DNA from: Smithellaceae bacterium
Lineage (GTDB): Bacteria; Desulfobacterota; Syntrophia; Syntrophales; Smithellaceae
Assembly: GCA_963667845.2 (NCBI GenBank)
Contig: CAXXVL010000002.1
Location: forward strand, 2,400,001 to 2,464,000
Length of the DNA: 64,000 bases
Direction of reading: 5' to 3'
Shown piece by piece: positions 38,290 through 48,638 of this stretch (the first letter of the stretch is position 1; each line of letters begins with the position of its first letter). The translations under genes were made by a program, and so were the position numbers. The notes under the pieces were generated by a model. That model was not told the origin of the DNA, made no database searches, and saw nothing but the letters and a program-made list of their open reading frames with translations.

Positions 38290-39198
38290 ATGAAGTCGCT
38301 TTGCAAAGTGGGCATGTCAGTCATCGTCATCATTCTTTTGTTTGCGGGTATCGGCTTTGCCCAGGATAACCAGGACGGCAAAGTCGGCATGAAGGATTGG
38401 ACGAAGATCATCGAATCCAAGGTTACGAATCAGATAGGCGACAAAGGACTGGTCAACTACGAGGATGGATATATCGAGGCCGTCGGAACCGGCGCGCCTC
38501 CCGAGCAGTATTACGGCAAGCCCCAGGCGCGTCCAATGGCGCTGCGCGCGGCGCAGGTAGACGCCTACCGGAACCTGCTGGAAGTTGTGCAGGGCGTACA
38601 GATTGATTCCAGAACGACCGTCAAGGATTTTGCAGTGGAAAGCGATGTCATCAATACGGCAATCAGCGGCATGGTGAAAGGTGCGCAGATTTCCAAGAAA
38701 GAATACATGTCCGACGGAACGGTGGAAGTGACCGTGCGGATGCCGCTCTCCGGCGTGGCCAAAGCCGTTATTCCCCAGGCGATAACCAATGATAAAAAAG
38801 AGGACATGAAGGACCACAAGCCCGCGCCGTTCTCCAAAAAATCCGCTCCGAAAGATGAAGTTTATACCGGTCTCGTGATTGACGGCCGGGGGCTCCAGGC
38901 CCGACCGGCCATGTCCCCCAAGATCTTTGACGAAACCGGCGCCGAAGTTTACGGAACCCTGATCGTCAAAAAAGACTATGCCGTGCAGCAGGGGATCTGC
39001 GGCTATGCGCGCGACCTCAATACGGCGCAGGTGAATGACCGGGTCACCGCAAACCCGCTGACCGTCAAGGCCTTAAGCGCCCAGGGCGCGGGGATGTCGG
39101 AATTCGTCATCAGCAATGACGATGCCAAAAAGATCCGTGCCGCAAAGGAAAACCTGACCTTCCTGCAGAAGTGCCGGGTTATGGTTGTTCTGGACTAG
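38290..39198 (+). CDS. Secreted LPP20-like protein
   Basis: Signal peptide; ALRAAQVDAYRNLLE, YTGLVIDGRG. Confidence 0.65.
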   Translation: MKSLCKVGMSVIVIILLFAGIGFAQDNQDGKVGMKDWTKIIESKVTNQIGDKGLVNYEDGYIEAVGTGAPPEQYYGKPQARPMALRAAQVDAYRNLLEVVQGVQIDSRTTVKDFAVESDVINTAISGMVKGAQISKKEYMSDGTVEVTVRMPLSGVAKAVIPQAITNDKKEDMKDHKPAPFSKKSAPKDEVYTGLVIDGRGLQARPAMSPKIFDETGAEVYGTLIVKKDYAVQQGICGYARDLNTAQVNDRVTANPLTVKALSAQGAGMSEFVISNDDAKKIRAAKENLTFLQKCRVMVVLD

Positions 39199-39261
39199 AG
39201 ACGGCCGGATGCGCAGACACACCGCGGGACAACTCAAAGGGATAACTCAAAAACAAATGAG

Positions 39262-39294
39262 GCCGCTTCATCGATCAGATGGAGCGGCTTTTTT
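39262..39294 (+). terminator. Intrinsic terminator
   Basis: GCCGCTTCATC-GATCA-GATGGAGCGGC followed by T6. Confidence 0.8.
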
Positions 39295-39378
39295 GCGTGA
39301 TGGTTCTTGTGGGGAATGTCCGGCATATCCTCCTTGACATTTATTGCCGCCGATGTAGTAATATCCAAAATGCAATCT

Positions 39379-39476
39379 AATCCCGCTCACGCGGGACGCG
39401 CGTTAAGTGTCTGCAGCTTGCTGCAGAATAATGACATTCATTTCATACCTCGAAAGCTTGGTGCGAGGTGGTTGAT
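39379..39476 (+). repeat. ~97-bp palindromic dispersed repeat, copy 2
   Basis: AATCCCGC..GCGGGAC..GTTAA..CTGCAGCTTGCTGCAG..TTCATTTCATACCTCG..GGTTGAT. Confidence 0.85.
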
Positions 39477-39501
39477 CCCTGAAAACAATAAGGAGGCAGT
39501 C

Positions 39502-39846
39502 ATGAAAAGATCCACACAGGTCTCGCTTTTGGCGGCATTGACAGTCATGTTGTTTGCGGGTTTATTGGTTACGTATCCTGCGGCGGCGCAGGCCCGCGCG
39601 GCGACAGCCGTGGAAGGCGCAAAATTTGACACGGACAGTTCCATCAAAGATAATCTGAAAATCTACATCGGCAAAGACGTGGTCATCCATCTGCGTTCGG
39701 GGAAATCAATTCAGGGGTACGTGAAGACTGTAGGCGACCACCTGATTCATCTCGAGAAGCTCGCCGCCGGACGGGATTTCTACGATGCACTGATCCGCAT
39801 CGAAGACATCACCGCCATCGAAGCCAGATTCAGGGAAATGAAGTAA
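39502..39846 (+). CDS. Small secreted protein, possible Sm/LSm-like fold
   Basis: AAGGAGG before ATG 39502; signal peptide ending AQA; YIGKDVVIHLRSGKSIQGYV. Confidence 0.75.
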   Translation: MKRSTQVSLLAALTVMLFAGLLVTYPAAAQARAATAVEGAKFDTDSSIKDNLKIYIGKDVVIHLRSGKSIQGYVKTVGDHLIHLEKLAAGRDFYDALIRIEDITAIEARFREMK

Positions 39847-39982
39847 TCCTGGTTATCTCCCCCCTCCAGACTGGGCTGCCGATCACGCTGTTGTCCCCAT
39901 CCAAAGAGGGACACGGCCGGACACAGAAGCTTTGACAGGATGAAGGAAATCGTTTAGAGATCACTGTGAAAGTGAGAGCCCA

Positions 39983-40249
39983 ATGAAACGAATCATCTAT
40001 CACCTCGTGCTGCCCGCAATCGTCTGCCTGCTGTTTTTCGCGGTGGCCCGAACGCCTGTCAGCTTTTTCGGTTGTGCCAACCGCGGTTTGATCGCCACCG
40101 CGATAGCGTTGTTCTCCGGTGCCGGTGCAATTGTCTGTGTCGTTCGCAGCAAGAACGCACTGAAAACCGAACCGGAACAATCCCGCTGGTGGCTAATGAC
40201 TACGCTTATCCTGGCCGTGCCCCTTGTCGGGCTGGTGATCCTCGCCTGA
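39983..40249 (+). CDS. Small 3-TM hypothetical protein
   Basis: 88 aa with three hydrophobic segments. Confidence 0.55.
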   Translation: MKRIIYHLVLPAIVCLLFFAVARTPVSFFGCANRGLIATAIALFSGAGAIVCVVRSKNALKTEPEQSRWWLMTTLILAVPLVGLVILA

Positions 40250-40412
40250 GCATTTTCCGATCCCTGGTAAATCGCCATGCCCGGCGGTTTACGCGGTTTG
40301 CAGGCTTAATGACCGGATTGCATCACATTCCATAAACGAAGCCATAGCTCAATTGCGGGAAATCCGCGCCAGCTCGCCTCGCCGAATCCTGATGGTTGTG
40401 CCCAGTTTGACG

Positions 40413-40441
40413 TTGACAGGATATGACGGACTTCCTATAAT
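40413..40441 (+). promoter_or_regulatory. Perfect-consensus sigma70 promoter
   Basis: TTGACA-N17-TATAAT. Confidence 0.75.
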
Positions 40442-40609
40442 CGCCGCGACTGGAAAGCGGAATCTTGCCGCGGATTAGAGCCGGCAAGAATACGTCACAT
40501 CATTTTACAGGGGCAGGTAAGGGGAAATGAAAATAAATCTACAGCGGGATGTCGATTCGGGAACTTATATTTCAACTGTCATCAGCGACGCACCACGTGC
40601 AAGGAGATC

Positions 40610-41374
40610 ATGATGGAAAAGTGGGTTAAAAGAAGCAAGACCTTGAAAGAGAATTTGTGCCTGGCCACCGAGCCGATCGGTTACAAACGCCTGGAGAAAG
40701 CTGCTGAACTCGATAGCATCGAGGGCGCTTTGTCGTGGCGTGAGACGTGCGTATTTTGTCAGATCCAGTTTATGGCCCGGGTGGGCGGCCTGACCGTCGG
40801 GCTGACCTCCGAGAGCAAAGTGGGTGAGCGCTGCAAACGCATTCACGGCCTTCAGGCCGCAAGCGAGGAGACCATGCTGCAGGAGGCCAAGCTTTTTAAA
40901 CGAACCTGGATGGCTTCCGTTGAGGACGGCCTGGCGCAGCAGCAGTTTTACCTGAGAATACCGCCGGGCGAGGCGATAGTCGTAGGACCCTTAAGCAAGG
41001 GAAACTTCAATCCGGACGTCGTCCTCATTTACGGCAATCCCGCCCAGATTATGATGCTCATGTGCGGAATCCAAAAAATAAAATTTGAGCGCTTCGAGTT
41101 CAACTTCATCGGCGAAGGGGCCTGCGTCGATTCCCTCGGGCAATGCTTCAATACCGGGAAACCCGCCCTGGCGATTCCCTGCTACGGCGAGCGGGCCATG
41201 GGGCAGGTGAGGGACGACGAGATCGCCATCGCGCTGCCGCCCGCCTATGTCGACCAGGCGATCGAGGGACTGGCCGTTTTGAAGACGATCGGCTTTAAAT
41301 ATCCGATTTCCTCCATCGGCGCTTTTCTAGATCCCAGCCCGCTTTTGGCGCGCGTCTATCCGGGGAAAAAATAG
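40610..41374 (+). CDS. DUF169-family protein
   Basis: FCQ..MAR, PDVVLIYGNPAQIM, GEGAC, PCYGER. Confidence 0.85.
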   Translation: MMEKWVKRSKTLKENLCLATEPIGYKRLEKAAELDSIEGALSWRETCVFCQIQFMARVGGLTVGLTSESKVGERCKRIHGLQAASEETMLQEAKLFKRTWMASVEDGLAQQQFYLRIPPGEAIVVGPLSKGNFNPDVVLIYGNPAQIMMLMCGIQKIKFERFEFNFIGEGACVDSLGQCFNTGKPALAIPCYGERAMGQVRDDEIAIALPPAYVDQAIEGLAVLKTIGFKYPISSIGAFLDPSPLLARVYPGKK

Positions 41375-41397
41375 TAACCACAAAAATCGTATGACTG

Positions 41398-41434
41398 AAA
41401 AAGAGGGCAGAGGGGTGATTCCCTCTGCCCTCTT
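41398..41434. terminator. Hairpin terminator between convergent genes
   Basis: AAGAGGGCAGAGGG-loop-CCCTCTGCCCTCTT with an A-run on the left (U-tract on the minus strand). Confidence 0.8.
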
Positions 41435-41465
41435 GAGCATCAAGGCAAAACATCCGGGCCTGCGC

Positions 41466-43280
41466 CTACCAGGGTTTTGAAAACTGGAAGATGCGGGCCG
41501 CGATTTTTTCCGCGGGCGTAAAGTTGAAGCTGGTCATGGCCGCTTCCAGCGCGGCGGCGACGCTTTCCAGCGTGATTTCTTCCGCACTCATCGAGATTTT
41601 CGCCTGATTGTAATCCGCATCAAAAATAATCATCTTGGGCGCTCCCGCGGTATTGGACCATGCTGTCCATCCGGGCAGATGTGCGTGATGGCCGTGCCGC
41701 CAGCCGCCGGGGCGATGGCCGAAATGGGAATTGGGACTGCCCGTCCAGGCGAAATTGGCCAGATAGCCCATCATGGCGGATTGCAGCTCCACGCGGCCGG
41801 CTTCATTGGCCGGGACAAACCCATAGCCGAAAAGGCCCTTGTCTCCGCCGAAAAAGAAGGGGATCTCGGATGCATGCCCCGCGCCGTAAATGAAATCAAA
41901 GGGCGATGGCCCGGAACCGGGACCGCCCCATTTGAAGAAATACGCGTAGACATGATCTTGCGCGGAGGCCACCTCGCGGGCCACCGTGTCCACATATTTT
42001 GCCTTCCAATTCTGGCTGCCGAAATACCCTGTGATCTCATAGACGTCTTTGTCGTGCTGCGCGGGGAGCACGTCGTTGAGTCCAAGCGGCAGGTCCTGCC
42101 TCAGCACGTTGATCAGCTGAAACCAGGTGTAGGGGCCGGACGGCACGCCCAGCGGTTTGACATAGGCGTAATAGAGCGGCATGAACGACTTGCTCTCATA
42201 TTGGTTGCTTCCCAGGATGATCGGCACGCGGTTGTAATTGCCGCTGCGGATGGCCGGAATCCAGCCGCCGGCAGGCAGCACCGTGCCGTCTTCGTAAGCC
42301 GAGAATGTCGGCACCGCCCCGTACTTCAGCATGGCCAGGAATAAATCCCCTCCCGAAGCGGCCCGCAGGTATCCCTGCAGCGTACCCGCGCTTTCCATCG
42401 ACAGACGGAGCGCTTTGGCGGTTGGCGCATCGACATTTTCTTTAAACCGGATCAGCTTTTCGATGATATCGTTCGCCTGCGTCAGTCCGGCTGCGGGCGG
42501 CACTGTCGCCATCCCGCCGCTTTCGGACATGGCCTTCTGGAAGAGCCCCCGGCCCAGAGGCGAAATCACCATGTTCATCGTGTTATGGGCACCCGCTGAT
42601 TCGCCGGTGACGAGCACATTACGAGGGTCGCCGCCGAAAGCATCGATGTTCTTGTGAATCCACTTGAGCGCCTGCGCATGGTCGAGCGTGCCGAAATTGC
42701 CGGAGTCCGAAAGGATATCCGCGCCGCCGGTCTGGATGGACGGATGATACAGCCACCCGAGAGGACCAAGCCGGTATTGTACAACCACCACGACTACATC
42801 GGAGCGGAGCGCCAGGTTTATGCCGTTGTATTGCCGGGCGGAGCCGAAGTTGTTGGAGCCCCCGTGAATCCATACATAGACGGGAAGCTTTTCCGTCCGG
42901 TAAGCGGGGCGCTCGGGCCGGTAAATGTCCACATAAAGGCAGTCCTCGCTGCTGTCCGGATCCACCACCCCGGTGCGGATCCATTCCTCGGTCGTCAAAA
43001 GCTGCGTGCATTTTTTGGCAGGCTGGGTCGCATCGCGGACGCCGTGCCAGGCCGCAGGCTTTTGCGGGGCTTTCCATCGCAAGTCACCCACAGGCGCTGC
43101 GGCATAGGGTACGCCCTTCCAGATCATGACGTCGTTTTCCACGTAGCCCCTCAGGACACCGTAATCGGTTTTCGTGACGGTGTTGTTGGATGCCGGCGCG
43201 GCAGCGGCACTGAGCAGCACAACAAAAAGAACAAACACTGCAATCTTCGAAACATGAATCCATTTCTTTTGCTGGGTCAT
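41466..43280 (-). CDS. Secreted type-B carboxylesterase
   Basis: Signal peptide; GVPYAAAPVGDLRW, SEDCLY, HGG, GESAG, GAGHASEI. Confidence 0.93.
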   Translation of the reverse strand: MTQQKKWIHVSKIAVFVLFVVLLSAAAAPASNNTVTKTDYGVLRGYVENDVMIWKGVPYAAAPVGDLRWKAPQKPAAWHGVRDATQPAKKCTQLLTTEEWIRTGVVDPDSSEDCLYVDIYRPERPAYRTEKLPVYVWIHGGSNNFGSARQYNGINLALRSDVVVVVVQYRLGPLGWLYHPSIQTGGADILSDSGNFGTLDHAQALKWIHKNIDAFGGDPRNVLVTGESAGAHNTMNMVISPLGRGLFQKAMSESGGMATVPPAAGLTQANDIIEKLIRFKENVDAPTAKALRLSMESAGTLQGYLRAASGGDLFLAMLKYGAVPTFSAYEDGTVLPAGGWIPAIRSGNYNRVPIILGSNQYESKSFMPLYYAYVKPLGVPSGPYTWFQLINVLRQDLPLGLNDVLPAQHDKDVYEITGYFGSQNWKAKYVDTVAREVASAQDHVYAYFFKWGGPGSGPSPFDFIYGAGHASEIPFFFGGDKGLFGYGFVPANEAGRVELQSAMMGYLANFAWTGSPNSHFGHRPGGWRHGHHAHLPGWTAWSNTAGAPKMIIFDADYNQAKISMSAEEITLESVAAALEAAMTSFNFTPAEKIAARIFQFSKPW

Positions 43281-43432
43281 ACGTTGATTCCTCCTTTAAT
43301 CAAAGAATGAAAAATCATTTTTCCAGGGCGGACATAAACGCCGTGCCCTGACTTGAAAATCCGCTGCTGCAAAAAATGAAAAGACTCGTGATACGTTGCG
43401 GTGAGGCGTGACTGCAGGAAACGTACTGAAGG

Positions 43433-43487
43433 GAAGAAGAAAGAAAAAAACAGCCTCCGGAAGAGTCGTCTTAACTCTCCCGGAGGC
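43433..43487 (-). terminator. Intrinsic terminator upstream of the carboxylesterase
   Basis: GCCTCCGGGAGAGT..ACTCTTCCGGAGGC followed by a long T-run on the minus strand. Confidence 0.75.
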
Positions 43488-43717
43488 GCTGTATGGATAA
43501 CTTCTGATGACCCCATTTCTTCATATAAACCCCCGGATAGTTTGCTTGGGTGATTTACGATGACATGGAACCTTTGTTCGAAAAGTGCTAGCAAAACAGG
43601 GGAAGGTTGTCAAGACGGATTCGGGTCCTGGTAAAAATTGCGTGAATAAAAAACGGAAGATAATATTTACTCCAGGGCATTGAAATGCCCGGGCATTTTC
43701 GTAGGTCTGTAAATTTG

Positions 43718-44785
43718 TTACTCTCTGGTACCGCTGATGATCTGAGACAGCTCCTGCGCGCTGCTCTTCAAATTATAAGACTGGGCGTTGAGTTCTTCAG
43801 CGGCGCTTGCCGACTCTTCCGCGGTTGCCGCGCTCGCCTGGATCGCATCGTTGATTCCCGCAATGGCGGAATTGATTTGTTCGATTCCCTGTGCCTGCTC
43901 CCGGGAGCCTGCGGACACACTGGAAAGAAGCTTTACCCCTCTTACGGCGATCTGCCTGTTGTTGGCTAATTCGCTGTTAATCTGTTCGAACAACCCATAG
44001 GCCTGTTGGATTTTTGCTGTTGAATCGGCAATCAGCGCCTCTGTGTTTTTGGCCGCCTCAGCGGATCGCATCGCCAGATTTCTGACCTCTTCGGATACGA
44101 CGGCAAAGCCGGCGCCCGCTTCGCCCGCACGGGCCGCTTCCACCGCGGCGTTCAGCGCCAGCAAATTGGTCTGGAATGCGATTCCGTCGATGGTCTTTAT
44201 GATCTTGGCCGTTTCTGCCGTCGCCTGAACGCTGGAGTTGACGGCTTGCTGCATTTCATCCATTTTCTGGTAGATCATACCGAAACTCTCTTTAGCATCA
44301 ACGTGCATGAGGGCGTCCGCCTTTCCGGTAGTCTCGGCGTTCCGGGCGGCCATGGAAGACATCTCCGCAAGCGATGAGGAAATTTCTTCTATGGAGGATG
44401 CCTGCCCGGAAGCGCCTTCCGCAAGGGTCTGGCTGGATGAGGACACCATGCCGGATGCGGAGTTGACATCATCCGCTGCCTGGGAGATTTCGACAGCGAT
44501 GTTATCGAGTCTCCGGATCAGGAATTTTCCCACCAGGACAAAATTGACGACCAGGATTCCCAGCCCGACCGCCATGCAAATAATGACAGCCACCGGATTG
44601 GCAAGACCACCCAATTTCACTGTGAGAGAGGTATTGCAGATAAGGATGACAAGACCCGGAATCAGCCAGAGGAACAGCTTGTATGTCAGGTTTTTGCCAT
44701 ATATTGCTCTGAGGATTAATGCGACAAGCCCGGCGGTGAACAAATCCAGGACGATAAGGATGAAATATTCAACAACCAATTTCAT
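43718..44785 (-). CDS. Methyl-accepting chemotaxis protein with membrane-embedded N-terminus
   Basis: [29 protein letters not shown]. Confidence 0.93.
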   Translation of the reverse strand: MKLVVEYFILIVLDLFTAGLVALILRAIYGKNLTYKLFLWLIPGLVILICNTSLTVKLGGLANPVAVIICMAVGLGILVVNFVLVGKFLIRRLDNIAVEISQAADDVNSASGMVSSSSQTLAEGASGQASSIEEISSSLAEMSSMAARNAETTGKADALMHVDAKESFGMIYQKMDEMQQAVNSSVQATAETAKIIKTIDGIAFQTNLLALNAAVEAARAGEAGAGFAVVSEEVRNLAMRSAEAAKNTEALIADSTAKIQQAYGLFEQINSELANNRQIAVRGVKLLSSVSAGSREQAQGIEQINSAIAGINDAIQASAATAEESASAAEELNAQSYNLKSSAQELSQIISGTRE

Positions 44786-45429
44786 AAGGTATCTCCATTG
44801 CGGTGCATTTATGTCGATTCCGTAAATGGGTTCTTGAGACCTTCGCGCTACTTGTTTTCAATAAACATGCCAGAAGCGGTCTATTAGCCATGTGCTATGA
44901 TTCCTGATAGTTAGCTTGAGTGAAATCGAGAGTTGAATAAGTATTTGCTGCGAGGGAAGAAAATTTGTACTGAAAAACCGAACGGTTTACGGTTTTTCAG
45001 TACGAAATCTTGGCACCCGTCCAATCAGCCACCCAGCGGCAAGCAACGGAGCATTAACGCTTGTCTCGCAGCAGCGGATTAAAAGAAGCGGTGAAAATCA
45101 GGATAAAAAATCATTGAAAAATTATGCAATCCCCCCTTTTTTTTGAATACTTGTTCAGTTATTTGATATGATAACCTGAGTTTTTGAGACGGTTAAGTTT
45201 TTGCCGGACGCCGCTATCTTACGGCAGCATTCAAGGAGACTGACCGTCTGCAAGATTCAAGTATTCCGATCACTAATTGATGCCGCATCATGGAGCTCAT
45301 AACGCATCGTTCAGCACCCCGCCCTTATGAGGGGAGAGGTTGGGTGAGGGTGATAGCAGTTGTGTCGTGCCTTTGGAGAGGATTGAATCCAAGTTGAAAT
45401 AATGTTGTTTGGAGGTGCACACACAGACA

Positions 45430-46947
45430 ATGAAGAAGAAAGCAATTGCGCGGAATAAAGTGTTAGTCGTCATCGCCTGCGTTTTATCCATTATCATCGC
45501 TTGTTCGTCCACCAACAACACCGCCGATGTTCAGTCGCGAATCGACGCCGTCGAGAAGAATCTCATCCCGGCGGTCGTGGGCGAAGGCAGCACGCCGGCG
45601 GGTCTTTCCATTGCGGACCGCATGCAGCACTTTCAGGTGCCGGGCGTCAGCGTTGCGGTCATCAACAACAGCAAAATCGAGTGGGCCAAAGGATACGGCG
45701 TCACCGAAGCCGGCGGCACCCAGGCAGTAACTGCGGACACCGTATTTCAGGCGGCCTCCGTCAGTAAGCCCGTCTCGGTGACCGGCATCATGCTGCTTGC
45801 CCAATCGGGCGTTATCGATATTACGAGAAACGTGAACGACTACCTGACCTCCTGGCAGCTTCCGGACAATATTCTGACCACGAATCAAAAGGCAACGATA
45901 CAGCGCCTGATGTCGCATACCGGCGGGACCAACGTGTCGGGCTTTGCCGGGTACGCCACAGGGAGCCCCGTTCCGACGCTGCTTCAGGTTCTGAACGGCG
46001 CACCGCCGGCGGACACGGAGCCTGTCCGCGTCATCTTTGAGCCGGGAACGCGATACAGCTATTCGGGCGGCGGCATGGAAGTTTTGCAGCAGATGACCCA
46101 AGACGTCACCGAGATGCCGTTTCGGAGCTACATGAAGAACAACGTCCTGGACAGACTGGGCATGACTTCCAGCGACTTCGTGCAGCCGCTGGCCGGTCCC
46201 TTTGCGGCACGCGCGGCCAAAGGCCACGACAAGGACAGCGTCATGATACCGGGCGGCTTTCGCATATACCCGGAGCTCATTGCCGCCGGGCTGTGGACCA
46301 CGCCCACCGATCTGGGCATCCTGTTTCTGGAAGTACAAAGGGCAGCCGTTCTTAATCGGGGAGCACTGCTCACGCAAGAGACGGCCAATCGCATCCTGAC
46401 GGTGCAGCCCAATACGAATGGGGCGATGGGCCTTGGCTTTGCGTTGAAGAGCGGCAAGGGCGGCTTGATATTCAGCCACAGCGGGTCGGTTTTCGGATAC
46501 AAGTCTAATGTGCTGGTGTATCGTGACCGGGGGCAGGGCATTGCCGTCATGACGAACGGTGACAATGGCTACGCCCTGATGATGGAAATCGTGCGGTCCG
46601 CAGCCAGAGTATATGGCTGGCCCGATGACGGCGTATCAAAGGCCCCGCTTGTGGATGTGCCGCTCGCGATCCTGCAGACTTACGCCGGAAATTACACGGG
46701 CACGCTTGAAGGCCAGGCAGTGCTGCTCAATATTTATCTTGCCGGGAATGCACTGATGATCAGCAGCACCTTGATGGGAACGGGCACACGCTCCGATCTG
46801 TATCCAACAGCCAACGATACTTTTCTTTTGCGCGATGACACGAATATTTCGGGAACGCTCGTGTTTACGAAAGACGGCGTCGGCACCGTTACCGGTTTGC
46901 AGATCGCCCTGCAGGCCGGCGGCACGCTCACAGCGACGAAAATCTGA
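45430..46947 (+). CDS. Serine hydrolase (beta-lactamase/PBP-like fold) lipoprotein
   Basis: Lipobox IIAC; ASVSK (SxxK), LMSHTGG, YSYSG, HSGS. Confidence 0.88.
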   Translation: MKKKAIARNKVLVVIACVLSIIIACSSTNNTADVQSRIDAVEKNLIPAVVGEGSTPAGLSIADRMQHFQVPGVSVAVINNSKIEWAKGYGVTEAGGTQAVTADTVFQAASVSKPVSVTGIMLLAQSGVIDITRNVNDYLTSWQLPDNILTTNQKATIQRLMSHTGGTNVSGFAGYATGSPVPTLLQVLNGAPPADTEPVRVIFEPGTRYSYSGGGMEVLQQMTQDVTEMPFRSYMKNNVLDRLGMTSSDFVQPLAGPFAARAAKGHDKDSVMIPGGFRIYPELIAAGLWTTPTDLGILFLEVQRAAVLNRGALLTQETANRILTVQPNTNGAMGLGFALKSGKGGLIFSHSGSVFGYKSNVLVYRDRGQGIAVMTNGDNGYALMMEIVRSAARVYGWPDDGVSKAPLVDVPLAILQTYAGNYTGTLEGQAVLLNIYLAGNALMISSTLMGTGTRSDLYPTANDTFLLRDDTNISGTLVFTKDGVGTVTGLQIALQAGGTLTATKI

Positions 46948-46969
46948 TGCCGCGTCTGTCCCCCGCCAG

Positions 46970-47163
46970 CTGGGCCGGGGGTGGATGTCTTTTCGCTTTT
47001 AGCAATTTAGCCTTTGAGCTTTGACCTTTCACCTTTCACCCTGAACCTTGTCCCTTTCACCATCCACCATTCACCATGCACTATCCACTAGCCACTATCC
47101 ACTATCCCACCATCCACTATTCGTCAGTTTATTTCTTGCAATGTGTTAATTTACTTGTAAGAT
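46970..47163 (+). repeat. Heptamer-repeat element A with trailing promoter
   Basis: CTGGGCCGGGGGTGGATGTC leader, TTCACCT/TTCACCA/CCACTAT units, TTGCAA-N16-TAAGAT at 47136-47163. Confidence 0.9.
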
Positions 47164-47256
47164 ATTGGTCAAAGAAATCTATCTTGGGAAAATCAGAATC
47201 TTATATCTATTTTGAGGATGTGCATCAAAATCTACGATAACATCAGAAGGTCGCCC

Positions 47257-47694
47257 ATGAATCAAGATTATAGAAAAGGTGAAATCGTTATTTACAAGGC
47301 TGCAGACGGTCCGCAAATTGACGTCCACATGGAAAAAGACTCTGTATGGTTGACGCAGAAACAGATGTCGGTGCTTTTTGATAAAGATACAGACACGATC
47401 GGTTTGCATCTGAAAAACATTTATAAAGAAAAGGAGCTAGAAGAGTTAGCAACTACCGAGGTATCCTCGGTAGTTCAAATAGAAGGCAATCGGCAGATTA
47501 ATCGTAAGATGCGTCTTTACAACCTCGACGCAATAATCTCTGTAGGCTATCGCATTAATTCAAAGCGAGGCACCCAATTCCGCATCTGGGCTACTAATGT
47601 CTTGCGACTTCAAGTCGGGGTGGGATGTGAGTATCTACGGTTTCTGCGAAAGGTATCACAAAATGTGATGCCTTTGAAACAGCGTGAAAGGTGA
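47257..47694 (+). pseudogene. Truncated RhuM-family protein (N-terminal part)
   Basis: WLTQKQMSVLF, YNLDAIISVGYRINSKRGTQFRIWAT; similarity ends after WATNVLR. Confidence 0.7.
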
Positions 47695-47700
47695 AAATTA

Positions 47701-48321
47701 ATGGCTGAGTATGAAATCATAAAGAAGGATGACATTCAAAACCGCATCTACACCATCCGTGGTGTCCAGGTCATGCTGGATAGTGATCTGGCCGAATTCT
47801 ACGGTGTGGAAACCAGGATTATAAATCAAGCGGTTAAAAGAAATATTGAAAGATTTCCATAGGAATTCAGTTTTCAACTTACCACTGAGGAGAATAATCT
47901 TTTAAGGTCACAATTTGTGACATTAAAGAATGGAAACCATTTGAGGCTTCCCGTTGACACTTCAAAGAATGAACAAAACTTGAAATCACAAATTGTGATG
48001 TCAAGTTGGGGTGGAAAACGAACAGCCCCCTATGCCTTTACTGAGCAGGGTGTGGCCATGCTTTCCGGGGTTCTCAAAAGCGCAAAAGCTGTGCAGATCA
48101 GTATTCAGGTCATCAATGCCTTCGTTGCCATGCGCCGGTTTCTGGCTTCTAATGCAGAAGTGTTTCAGCGCCTGGGCGCGGTGGAAAGAAAACAAATCGA
48201 ATACAAGGCGGACGCCGATCATAAATTTGAACAAATCTTCGACGCCATTGAAGAACGCAGCATCAAGCCCAAGCCTGGGCCGTGGGTGGATGTCTCTTCG
48301 CTTTTAGCCTTTGAGCTTTGA
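47701..48321 (+). pseudogene. ORF6N-domain DNA-binding protein, disrupted
   Basis: ATG 47701 MAEYEIIKKDDIQNRIYTIRGVQVMLDSDLAEFYGVE; in-frame TAG at 47860-47862; continues PYAFTEQGVAML; runs into repeat B. Confidence 0.8.
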
Positions 48322-48425
48322 CCATTCACCATTCACCATTCACCATTCACTATTCACTATCCACTATCCACCATTCACTATTTTTCCTGATTTTTCCTTG
48401 CAACATGTCCGCAAAGTTGTAATAT
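48275..48425 (+). repeat. Heptamer-repeat element B with trailing promoter
   Basis: Leader nearly identical to element A; TTCACCA/TTCACTA/TCCACTA units; TTGCAA-N16-TAATAT at 48398-48425. Confidence 0.9.
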
Positions 48426-48638
48426 ATCACCGAGAGGTAAGCGGTCTGCCGACAATCGGCAGGCACGATGCGGCACGAACCTGCGAAAGCACTTACCATA
48501 AAATACAATGATCCCCGTCCGACGGCCCAACCGTCACTACCGGTGCTGATATGCTGAACTTGATCGATCATCAATTGAATCCAAAATCCCAGCGAACGAT
48601 TCCTGGAATCTCAACCGGAGACATGAAGGAGGAAGGCA

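Noticed and set aside
39307..39501. Upstream extensions given by the ORF track (also 34881, 13305, 15701, 25433)
   Set aside because: Downstream starts fit better with SD sequences, promoter position or domain boundaries
25428..45352. CCCTC/GAGGG-rich short palindromes near 25430, 31840, 37157 and 45320
   Set aside because: Probably degenerate REP-like remnants, too divergent to define as a family by eye
47860..47862. In-frame TAG as pyrrolysine or read-through
   Set aside because: No pyl genes in the window, TAG terminates other genes here, and the gene is also 3'-truncated
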